Part shown: positions 49,272-56,819 of the stretch, piece after piece | How positions within the stretch are numbered: the stretch's first letter is position 1 | Layout of the letters: the number at the start of each line of letters is the position of its first letter | Origin: an uncultured virus (IMG/VR IMGVR_UViG_3300025120_000023) | Taxonomy: Duplodnaviria; Heunggongvirae; Uroviricota; Caudoviricetes | Strand: one strand, 5' to 3' | IMG/VR virus record: IMGVR_UViG_3300025120_000023 | DNA: 56,820 bases | Notes under the pieces: generated by a model | Database searches by the model: none | Told to the model about the DNA's origin: nothing | What the model saw: only the letters and a program-made list of their open reading frames with translations | Program-made: the position numbers and the translations under genes

Positions 49272-49601
49272 TTAGAAATCACTCATCATAGACTCATCCA
49301 CAAACTCTTGCACATCTTCTTGCTTTGCATCAATTTGCATCATAATATTAGCCTGATATCTTTTCTTTTCCTCTCCATCAACAAACACTATTATAGTAGG
49401 TAATACCACTATTTTATATTTTGTTTTTAGTTTAGGATATTTGGTAAGATCATAATACTTAACACTGCAGTCTGTTAACTTTCCGAGCCAAGCTACCTTA
49501 TTAGCATCATTCCACGAAGCATTAAAATGTTTAACAACCACTTGAGAATAACTCTTCGTAGCACACAAACATATTAACGCAAACATCAATATTAATCTCA
49601 T
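49272..49601 (-). CDS. Exported thioredoxin-fold protein lacking CxxC
   Basis: Signal peptide ending SYS|Q; HFNASWN replaces FxAxWCxxC; YKIVVLPTIIVFVDGEE cis-Pro motif. Confidence 0.7.
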   Translation of the reverse strand: MRLILMFALICLCATKSYSQVVVKHFNASWNDANKVAWLGKLTDCSVKYYDLTKYPKLKTKYKIVVLPTIIVFVDGEEKKRYQANIMMQIDAKQEDVQEFVDESMMSDF

Positions 49602-49606
49602 AGCTT

Positions 49607-49891
49607 TTATCTTAGTTTGTCAATTTTTTCCTCTATACGATCCATATCTTCCTTCAACTCTGTGACATCTTCTTGAGTTGTCATAATAGTTTGTCGAACC
49701 AACTGATCTTTCATATCGTACTCCATCCGTGTCACTTCAGGATCTGGAGGGATCGGAAGCTCTTTTGCTTCTTGTATATCTGCTTGTAATGCAAACCACA
49801 TTCCTACTATGGTCGCAATTGCAAAAGCAAGACCTACCAAAGTTTTGATACTTATCTTAAAACCTGTATCCTCATTTAACTCTTTTGCCAT
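49607..49891 (-). CDS. Single-TM protein with C-terminal coiled coil (i-spanin-like topology)
   Basis: TM segment LVGLAFAIATIVGMWFAL followed by heptads VTELKEDMDRIEEKIDKL. Confidence 0.6.
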   Translation of the reverse strand: MAKELNEDTGFKISIKTLVGLAFAIATIVGMWFALQADIQEAKELPIPPDPEVTRMEYDMKDQLVRQTIMTTQEDVTELKEDMDRIEEKIDKLR

Positions 49892-49893
49892 TT

Positions 49894-50958
49894 TTAAAAA
49901 ATTATGTAATTGACACCAACACTAAAGTTGTGCCAACTACGATTCCAGTACTTGTTATATTTGCCTTCTAGGAACACTCCTAAGCTTTTATTGAACTTGT
50001 AACCGAAAATTAATCCTCCAGAATAGTCGATCCACTGACCGCTGTTAAAGTTGTGATATGAGTAATCACCATCTGCCTTTAGGTGCACTGGCATTACATT
50101 ACCCCATGAGTGCAACCAAAAATCTTTAGTATAATGATAGAAGTCAAACCCTATAACAAGGGAATGATTCCACTGTAAAGGTAGAGCACTTCGCTCTTCC
50201 TCTGTGTATTTTGCTAACACTTCTGGAACAACAACCGCTTCCCACACTTGAGTGTTTTCTGCTACTAACTCTCCTGCTGGATCAAAATATGTAACACCAC
50301 CAAAACCATCAAATTCAACTGAATACCCTTCTTGTATTGCTAACTGAGTGTAGTGCAGATTACCATCGGATAACAACCAACTTTCTAATGGATTGTATCC
50401 ATATGGCTCCGATATACGCTGTACTGCTCCTATATTAAACGACAACTTATCGCCTACTTTTTGTCTATATCTTTCTGAAGATTCAAAATATTGAATATCT
50501 GCAAATCCATCTTGGACATACTCAACCTTAGCTATCCAATGATTAGCTACATATCGTAAAAAATGATCTTGATTAAAAAACGACGTTCCTTGCTGTCTAG
50601 TCCAATCTGCCTCAAATAAAAATTCAAAGCCATTTATTTTTCCAATTGTAGCAGCGTCTCCGTATGATTTTTCTGTACCGTCATAAAACACATTAGCTCG
50701 ATTTTCATAACCAAATCTAGCAATCTTTCTCACACCTATTGCAATAGAATAATCAAAAGGTGTTTTAACTGTGTTTGTCTGCAATCCATCTGTCACTGAA
50801 AATACATCGACATCTGAAATTGAGTTACCACCCGAGACTGCTCCATAAAACGTAGAGTATTTGACTAACTTTTTAACAGTCTTAGAGAATTTAGATTGCT
50901 CTTCTTGACCGAATAATATTGTTGGTATTAGTAAGAATAGTATTAAAAGCTGCTTCAT
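49894..50958 (-). CDS. Outer-membrane beta-barrel-like protein
   Basis: Signal peptide ending LFG|Q; alternating aromatic beta strands; C-terminal FSVGVNYIIF ending in Phe (BAM beta-signal). Confidence 0.68.
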   Translation of the reverse strand: MKQLLILFLLIPTILFGQEEQSKFSKTVKKLVKYSTFYGAVSGGNSISDVDVFSVTDGLQTNTVKTPFDYSIAIGVRKIARFGYENRANVFYDGTEKSYGDAATIGKINGFEFLFEADWTRQQGTSFFNQDHFLRYVANHWIAKVEYVQDGFADIQYFESSERYRQKVGDKLSFNIGAVQRISEPYGYNPLESWLLSDGNLHYTQLAIQEGYSVEFDGFGGVTYFDPAGELVAENTQVWEAVVVPEVLAKYTEEERSALPLQWNHSLVIGFDFYHYTKDFWLHSWGNVMPVHLKADGDYSYHNFNSGQWIDYSGGLIFGYKFNKSLGVFLEGKYNKYWNRSWHNFSVGVNYIIF

Positions 50959-53357
50959 TGTTTTATAATTCTTTTAGTAAATCTCTTTTCTTCATGTATT
51001 AGTGTTAAGAGATATACACCGGTTTCATATATACCCAACTCTAAACGATTATCCTTTCCAGTCAACATTAGTTTACCCATCATATCTCTCAACTCATAAT
51101 TAAATGTTAGATGTGTTTCAATAGTGACGGTGTTGTCTGTTGGGTTTGGATATACGAGAATTCCATTAATATCCATCTCGTCAATACCCACTGGCCACCC
51201 TTGTTGACAGTAATCATACATAGATTGACATGATGCATCCCATTCATTTTCACAACAATAAACATCTACATCTATTACCCAAGCATAGCATCCATCATTT
51301 AACCAGTAAGGGTTTCCAGGACCACCTACACATCCTGCGTCATATAGACAAGCTAATGAGTCTGTTACATTTGCTGTTGGATCATAATTAAATGCATTTG
51401 GATCTGTACATCCAGCAACTGGCAATATACATGTCCCATTATCTGTATTAGCTAGGGGATCGAAGTTTAATGCTGTTGAGTCTATACACCCAAAAGTGAC
51501 TGGTATACAAGATCCATTATCCGTATTGGCTAATGGATCGTAATTAAATTGTGTAGGGTCCATACAACCATAAATAACATCTATACAGCTTCCATTGTCG
51601 GTGTTTGCGTTTGGATCGTAATTAAAGGCGTTAGGATCTGTACATCCATATATTGGATAAATACATGTACCATTATCGACGTTTGCTGTAGTGTCATAAT
51701 TTAGAGCAGTTGAGTCTGTGCATCCAAAATATATACAAGAACCGTCATCAACATTAGCAAGAGAATTGTAGTTGTAAGATATAGAATCCATACAACCATA
51801 TACTGTAGCAATACATGAACCATCATCAACGTTTGCATTTGGATTATAGTTAAATGCTAGGTTATTTGTACAACCTTCTATGATTGCAATACATGAACCA
51901 TCATCGGTATTGGCTAATGAATCGTAATTAAATGAAGTAGAATCCATACAACCATATATTTTAGGTTCACAATAATCTCCACAGAATGGCAATGCAGAAT
52001 ATGTAATCCATGTTGGTTCTTCAAAAGGCTGTAATGCTCCTTGTCCATTATTTGCAAATGGATTAGCACCTTCTTCTAACAGCACAACACCATCTGCATT
52101 TTCTAACTTAAATGAATTATGCCAGGTCTGGAATTGTACTTGAGAAGGTGGTTGTTGTGGTCCACCTACTTCAAAGTAATATACCTTGACTGGTTTATCA
52201 GTATCTAATTGTAATGGAAAGGTTTGGCTAGATGCACCTGGTCCCATAGTATAAGTCCATAAATTTGTTCCTTGAGCAACACCTAAATAAGAATTACCCC
52301 ATCCATCACTAGCATCATCTTCTATTGTTAGTGTGTAGTTACAAGTTGGAATTATAGCTTGCATTGTAGCATTAGAGTCATAATTAAATGCTGCAGTATC
52401 AATACACCCATACACGTGCAGATTAGCACATGTACCATCATCTATATTAGCTAGCGAATCAAATTCTTGATATGCAGGATCTGTACATCCTAACACAGGA
52501 GTTATACCGCTACAAGGAACACCAAATACTGGTCCCGAATATGCTGTAGAACCGAAGTTAGGATTACCTAATTGCCATAAGACACTACCATTGCAATCAT
52601 ATATAGTAATATCACCATCAACCGTACCGCCAGTAGTTGATCCAGCTAAACCATCACCATAAGAATCACTAAATATTAACTCTGCACCTGCAGGATCAAC
52701 ACATACAGTATAGCTGTAGGTTTGTCCTATATCATTAAAATCGTAAGTACCTTGTCCATTGTTTTCGAGCTGATTCCCGTTTGACAGGTCTACTAATATC
52801 CACGAAGTTTCGCTTGGATAGCTGTCTAAAGTTACCTCTACTGTTATTTCAAAATCTCCAGGATCACAGCCACTACTCCCACCTCCACCAACACAAGAAC
52901 CATCATCTTCTGTCGCCCATGGATTATATGCTATAGAGTTAACATCCATACATCCAGGTATACAAGCAGATGGAGTGTATGCTATAGTATCGGATTGTGT
53001 TCCGTTAGAATAATTTAAAATTAGATAATGTTCTACAGACCAGTTTGGAGGCATATTCGGTGTTCCGGCAAATACACCAAAGTTGCCTTGAGGTGAACTT
53101 GAAGGATATCCTATTGGATATATAAATGGTCCAACTCCTGCGGCAGTTGAATACTCTACCGAAACAACATCCTCATTGCAATTAGCAGTAGTATCGTTAA
53201 ACCATTCAAATATAATAATTACTTGACTTCCACCATTAATGCATTGTTGATATGCATTTGAACTTATAAAGTTGCAAGGTGTTTGCGCAATAGAAATTAT
53301 TGGCAATAAAACCGCTAACAGAAACGCACTAAAACTCTTCGTCAGAAACTTCTTCAT
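50955..53357 (-). CDS. T9SS type A sorting domain-containing protein with Cys-rich repeats (start revised to 53357)
   Basis: Signal peptide MKKFL...SIA|Q; 11 GCxD..A.NY..A..D.G(S/T)C-type repeats; C-terminal VYPNP...GVYLL...TKRIIK. Confidence 0.88.
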   Translation of the reverse strand: MKKFLTKSFSAFLLAVLLPIISIAQTPCNFISSNAYQQCINGGSQVIIIFEWFNDTTANCNEDVVSVEYSTAAGVGPFIYPIGYPSSSPQGNFGVFAGTPNMPPNWSVEHYLILNYSNGTQSDTIAYTPSACIPGCMDVNSIAYNPWATEDDGSCVGGGGSSGCDPGDFEITVEVTLDSYPSETSWILVDLSNGNQLENNGQGTYDFNDIGQTYSYTVCVDPAGAELIFSDSYGDGLAGSTTGGTVDGDITIYDCNGSVLWQLGNPNFGSTAYSGPVFGVPCSGITPVLGCTDPAYQEFDSLANIDDGTCANLHVYGCIDTAAFNYDSNATMQAIIPTCNYTLTIEDDASDGWGNSYLGVAQGTNLWTYTMGPGASSQTFPLQLDTDKPVKVYYFEVGGPQQPPSQVQFQTWHNSFKLENADGVVLLEEGANPFANNGQGALQPFEEPTWITYSALPFCGDYCEPKIYGCMDSTSFNYDSLANTDDGSCIAIIEGCTNNLAFNYNPNANVDDGSCIATVYGCMDSISYNYNSLANVDDGSCIYFGCTDSTALNYDTTANVDNGTCIYPIYGCTDPNAFNYDPNANTDNGSCIDVIYGCMDPTQFNYDPLANTDNGSCIPVTFGCIDSTALNFDPLANTDNGTCILPVAGCTDPNAFNYDPTANVTDSLACLYDAGCVGGPGNPYWLNDGCYAWVIDVDVYCCENEWDASCQSMYDYCQQGWPVGIDEMDINGILVYPNPTDNTVTIETHLTFNYELRDMMGKLMLTGKDNRLELGIYETGVYLLTLIHEEKRFTKRIIKQ
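51348..51959 (-). repeat. Eight tandem coding repeats of about 23-27 aa (GCxDxxAxNYxxxAxxDxGxC)
   Basis: Visible in the translation and as degenerate DNA repeats; three more dispersed copies lie upstream in the same gene. Confidence 0.85.
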
Positions 53358-53667
53358 TTTTATTGTTACTTTTGTTGTTACTAAACACCTTACCAATCTC
53401 AGCAATACCAAAACTACCTAAGGTTACTATTAAAAATGAGTTATAAATAAACTCCGAAATAACTAGATGGTTACCTAACACACCAGTTATAATGTCTGTG
53501 ATTGCAAATATTGCCATCATACCAAATGAAAGAAAACCAACTATAGTTTTCTCATTGATACCATTATCGTCTTTGAAAATATCTCTAAAAGCCATAAATT
53601 TTCTATTTAAGAACATCACAATTCTTGAAACCTTTATAGCATTATATAACCTCTTAAAGATGCTCAT
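53329..53667 (-). CDS. Small two-TM membrane protein
   Basis: Two hydrophobic segments (IVGFLSFGMMAIFAI and FLIVTLGSFGI); first gene after a late box; alternative ATG at 53595. Confidence 0.65.
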   Translation of the reverse strand: MSIFKRLYNAIKVSRIVMFLNRKFMAFRDIFKDDNGINEKTIVGFLSFGMMAIFAITDIITGVLGNHLVISEFIYNSFLIVTLGSFGIAEIGKVFSNNKSNNKNEEVSDEEF

Positions 53668-53673
53668 GTTAAT

Positions 53674-53682
53674 TATAAATAG
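53674..53682 (-). promoter_or_regulatory. Late-type promoter box CTATTTATA heading the envelope and lysis operon
   Basis: Core 7 nt upstream of the ATG at 53667, right after a terminator. Confidence 0.62.
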
Positions 53683-53687
53683 CTCTG

Positions 53688-53718
53688 AAAAATAGAAAAT
53701 GCCGGTCTTGCCGGCATT
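53688..53718 (-). terminator. Rho-independent terminator
   Basis: Minus strand AATGCCGG-CAAGA-CCGGCATT perfect 8-bp stem followed by TTCTATTTTT; 21 nt after the stop at 53740. Confidence 0.8.
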
Positions 53719-53739
53719 AACTTTAAGCTGTTTATTGTT

Positions 53740-54723
53740 TTATAAAATAAATTCTTGAATATTAAACGCGTTCTTAATCTCTCGCACTTCTTGCATGAAA
53801 TCTCGTCGATTTTCATCGGGTAACTGTTTAGAAATGTGCAATATAAGAGCGGTACTTGTCTTGAATTTTTTCGTAATTTTTTTGTCAAATCCATTAGCCT
53901 CAGCCACCTCACATATCGTGTTAAAAACACCTAAATCCATCGGATTTTTGGTGATTTCTGCCATCGTATCTTGCGCATCAAAAAGCTTTTTTAGAAAGTC
54001 TTTAAAGGTAGGATCGGTGGTTTTTACTTGCGGAAACTCTTGCTGAACTTTACCTAAAAATTCGTTAAAATCACTCGATTCATCCGCTAAAATGTCTAAT
54101 TCTGAAAATGCTCCTTCGTCTAGCTTTATTGCATATCTACCTAGATTCTCTTTAAGATCATCCTTACGCATATACCCTTGAACCACAGTACGAGGATTAG
54201 CTATACTCTTCATTTTATCAAGAAATTTCAATCTCTCACCTAACACGTTTTGCATGAGCTCTATCGTTTCAGAATCGAATTCATCATTAACATATGCAAC
54301 GAACTCCTTAGCTGTGAATTTGGGTGCTGCCCCTTCATTAACTGATTCTTTCTCATAAATCTCTACAGCATCATCGCCATATTGTTTTATCTTCCAGCCT
54401 CTCAGTTTTCCAAGCCTCATAACAGATTTTACAAATAGAGTTTTGTCGCTAGCTGATATATTAGTATCATCTATGTTTAGCATCCAACCTTCACCATCAC
54501 CATCAGCAGATCCACCACTTCTTGCAAACATGTTGTTATCTAAATCAATAGCAGGTCGACCAGTAATTTTCGTAAATAGAGTCTCTACTTCTTCGTAGTC
54601 ACCACTATCGTATTTGAATGCAGCTTCGTTAACTGACTTATACATCTTTACTTCTTCCTTAACGATGGTACGGATTTTCGATACCTCTTCGTTTACAATA
54701 CTACTTATGTCTGCTTTTTTCAT
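53740..54723 (-). CDS. Acidic multi-segment protein, putative processed internal head protein
   Basis: Repeated VNE/VKE/LKE/LDE motifs separate short segments. Confidence 0.6.
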   Translation of the reverse strand: MKKADISSIVNEEVSKIRTIVKEEVKMYKSVNEAAFKYDSGDYEEVETLFTKITGRPAIDLDNNMFARSGGSADGDGEGWMLNIDDTNISASDKTLFVKSVMRLGKLRGWKIKQYGDDAVEIYEKESVNEGAAPKFTAKEFVAYVNDEFDSETIELMQNVLGERLKFLDKMKSIANPRTVVQGYMRKDDLKENLGRYAIKLDEGAFSELDILADESSDFNEFLGKVQQEFPQVKTTDPTFKDFLKKLFDAQDTMAEITKNPMDLGVFNTICEVAEANGFDKKITKKFKTSTALILHISKQLPDENRRDFMQEVREIKNAFNIQEFIL

Positions 54724-54724
54724 A

Positions 54725-55057
54725 TTAATATTTTCGTATTACCATTTCGCCCTGAGGTCCTTTGAATACACCTTCTTTCCACATATTAGAAAGCATAATT
54801 GACAAACGCGTTCCTTTTTGAATGTGAGTAGTCAATGCTTCAGCTAGTGTTTTTTCAAACGTGTTTATGCTATTTGGAGAAGCTATCATATCTGGATTAA
54901 TTTGTAATCCTCCAACTTGTAGAGCTTTCATAATATCATCAATGGTTACTTCCATTGTCATAATGATCTTATCTTCCGGCTTCCAGCTCTGTGCCTCATT
55001 AACAAACGGATTGTTAATAGCAGCTAGTTCCATTAATCGTTGTTTAGTTGTCTTCAT
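54725..55057 (-). CDS. Small protein with RLMELAAI leader (putative internal head protein)
   Basis: MKTTKQRLMELAAINNPFVNE; paralogous N-terminus to 55580-55930. Confidence 0.65.
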   Translation of the reverse strand: MKTTKQRLMELAAINNPFVNEAQSWKPEDKIIMTMEVTIDDIMKALQVGGLQINPDMIASPNSINTFEKTLAEALTTHIQKGTRLSIMLSNMWKEGVFKGPQGEMVIRKY

Positions 55058-55059
55058 AA

Positions 55060-55416
55060 TTAAGAGAAATCATCAATTAAATCAATAACGGCTTTATCTC
55101 TAGCACTATCACTCTTACCGTCTTCAAAGTAAGGACCTTCGTAATCGCTATCACCTCTAAGCTCAACCTCACCCTCATGAGATTTGCCTGCTGCATCCAT
55201 ATAGATGAATTCTATCTTGGTACCCATAGCGTATTTGTCTTCAGCCATCTCTAATGCATCAGCATAAATATCATTATCTAATTCCTGACCGTTAGGAAAC
55301 TGCATATCCCTATTTCCGTTATCCATGCGTGTGACTAAAACTGTGTTTGGTTGGGCTACTGCCTCTTTGAGACCAGCCATTTCCATTAGTCTCTTTCTGT
55401 TAAAGTATTTACTCAT
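55060..55416 (-). CDS. Small acidic protein with RLMEMAGLKE leader (putative internal head protein)
   Basis: Shared leader motif; tightly packed. Confidence 0.65.
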   Translation of the reverse strand: MSKYFNRKRLMEMAGLKEAVAQPNTVLVTRMDNGNRDMQFPNGQELDNDIYADALEMAEDKYAMGTKIEFIYMDAAGKSHEGEVELRGDSDYEGPYFEDGKSDSARDKAVIDLIDDFS

Positions 55417-55418
55417 TT

Positions 55419-55568
55419 TTATATATCTTCTTTTTTAACGTATATTAGTTTTTCACGAATCTTATCCCAGATCGTGTAATCCAGTTTATCTTTAGGTAAT
55501 CCATCCAGATAGCCTTTCAGCCATGTTACGAATTCTTCTGGAGTAATATCGGTTGTATTGTTTGCCAT
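55419..55568 (-). CDS. Small 49-aa hypothetical protein missing from the ORF track
   Basis: Manual translation MANNTTDITPEEFVTWLKGYLDGLPKDKLDYTIWDKIREKLIYVKKEDI*; fills the gap between two genes. Confidence 0.7.
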   Translation of the reverse strand: MANNTTDITPEEFVTWLKGYLDGLPKDKLDYTIWDKIREKLIYVKKEDI

Positions 55569-55579
55569 TGTTTCTAGGT

Positions 55580-55930
55580 TTAACGTGATCCAAGTCCAGT
55601 ATCTAAATCATCATACACATCGTAGTTCATGCCATCCTCTATCCATTGAGCACCATTATTGCCTAACCAATTCTCGAGATCATCTCGCATTAATTCTGCC
55701 ATTTTTTGTTGCGTGCTTGCATCATTCAAATCAACTGACAATCCCATCTCTTCAGCTGCTTCTTCGAAATACTTAATAGCATTTTCAAAGGTTACTGTCA
55801 TTTGAATATCACCTCCTGCTGCAGAAGGAATAACTTTAACATCAGCTTCCTTTATTGTTTCTTTTTTAGATTCAATAAAAGGATTGTTGATAGCGGCTAA
55901 TTCTTGTAGCCTTGTTTTAGTTGTTTTCAT
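55580..55930 (-). CDS. Small acidic protein with RLQELAAI leader (putative internal head protein)
   Basis: MKTTKTRLQELAAINNPFIE...TIKE. Confidence 0.65.
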   Translation of the reverse strand: MKTTKTRLQELAAINNPFIESKKETIKEADVKVIPSAAGGDIQMTVTFENAIKYFEEAAEEMGLSVDLNDASTQQKMAELMRDDLENWLGNNGAQWIEDGMNYDVYDDLDTGLGSR

Positions 55931-55932
55931 AA

Positions 55933-56277
55933 TTAATTGTTCTGTTTAAAGGTGTTTAATTGCATACGCAAGTGATCGAGGAATTGATCGAAATTATGTG
56001 CTCCATATCCATCCTCCAACATCAACGCTACAGCATCAGCAAGAATCTTATAATTCATATTCTCGTCTATTCTGAAAATTGCCTCAGAGATTGCTTGATG
56101 CAGCTTGTTAGCCTTAGGATCCATGTTAGTGATAGACTCTCCTAAAGGTCGACCTTCATCATCATACCCTCCAGGCATATCCTCTTCATCGTGCTTCTGC
56201 TCCTTATCTGCATCATAGAACTTGTCCTCTTCTTTGAGACCAGCTCTTTCCATTAATGTTTGTCTATTCAGTTTCAT
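55933..56277 (-). CDS. Small acidic protein with TLMERAGLKE leader (putative internal head protein)
   Basis: Shared leader motif. Confidence 0.65.
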   Translation of the reverse strand: MKLNRQTLMERAGLKEEDKFYDADKEQKHDEEDMPGGYDDEGRPLGESITNMDPKANKLHQAISEAIFRIDENMNYKILADAVALMLEDGYGAHNFDQFLDHLRMQLNTFKQNN

Positions 56278-56279
56278 AA

Positions 56280-56678
56280 TTACATTTTTACTTTAGGTAG
56301 GAACGAGCTTTCAATAGTATCATCCATTGCTTTGAACAACTCTATCTCCTTCATGAGTGCACCAAGTGCATCATTGTCTTCAGTGTACCACTCTTCCATT
56401 TCATCATACGCGTTCTCTAATAGACTCCTCATTGCGATAAGAGCCTTGTCCAACGTTTGGTACTGCTTCTTGATTTGTTGAGCCGTGGCGCGTTGTATGC
56501 CGCGCGTGTGATTTGGCTTCTCCCCAAATCCGTTATCCGTTAGGAACGCTTTATTCAATTGGAGCTCTCTGTCCCCATCCTGTGAGTCCCGATTGGTACT
56601 AATACCAGCTCCCGCTTGTTGGAATTGAGTTTCGTATTCCTTAATACCCGCTAGCTCTTGTAGTCTGCTTTTCTTCAT
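56280..56678 (-). CDS. Small protein with RLQELAGIKE leader (putative internal head protein)
   Basis: Shared leader motif. Confidence 0.65.
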   Translation of the reverse strand: MKKSRLQELAGIKEYETQFQQAGAGISTNRDSQDGDRELQLNKAFLTDNGFGEKPNHTRGIQRATAQQIKKQYQTLDKALIAMRSLLENAYDEMEEWYTEDNDALGALMKEIELFKAMDDTIESSFLPKVKM

Positions 56679-56681
56679 ATC

Positions 56682-56819
56682 TTATAGTACTGATCCAATG
56701 GCACTCTCACCAATTAATGCTTGAATACCTTTGTATATTTTTAACTCGTTTTGTAATGCACCTATTTGATCCATATCCTTAGGATTGATCTTTGCATGCA
56801 CCTTAATAGCTTTTTGGAT
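56682..56819 (-). CDS. 3' end of a gene truncated by the window edge
   Basis: Open frame ...IQKAIKVHAKINPKDMDQIGALQNELKIYKGIQALIGESAIGSVL*, ending 3 nt before the next ATG. Confidence 0.6.
   Translation of the reverse strand: MQKAIKVHAKINPKDMDQIGALQNELKIYKGIQALIGESAIGSVL

Noticed and set aside
51348..51959. Repeat array as a CRISPR array or DGR template
   Set aside because: The repeats are in-frame, degenerate at synonymous positions and encode a protein motif. There is no repeat-spacer structure and no cas or reverse transcriptase gene in the window.
53358..53411. ORF-track start at 53411 for the T9SS protein
   Set aside because: The extension overlaps the upstream gene and precedes an obvious signal peptide starting at the ATG at 53357.
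53673..53930. 85-aa minus-strand ORF, and similarly 44952-45143 and 4746-4982
   Set aside because: These are alternative frames overlapping real genes, promoters or the terminator, with no supporting features.
104..56481. The many plus-strand ORFs in the track (e.g. 104-505, 17060-17515, 33170-33859, 35566-36102)
   Set aside because: Each lies antisense to a longer, motif-bearing minus-strand gene and has shadow-frame composition with no recognisable motifs.
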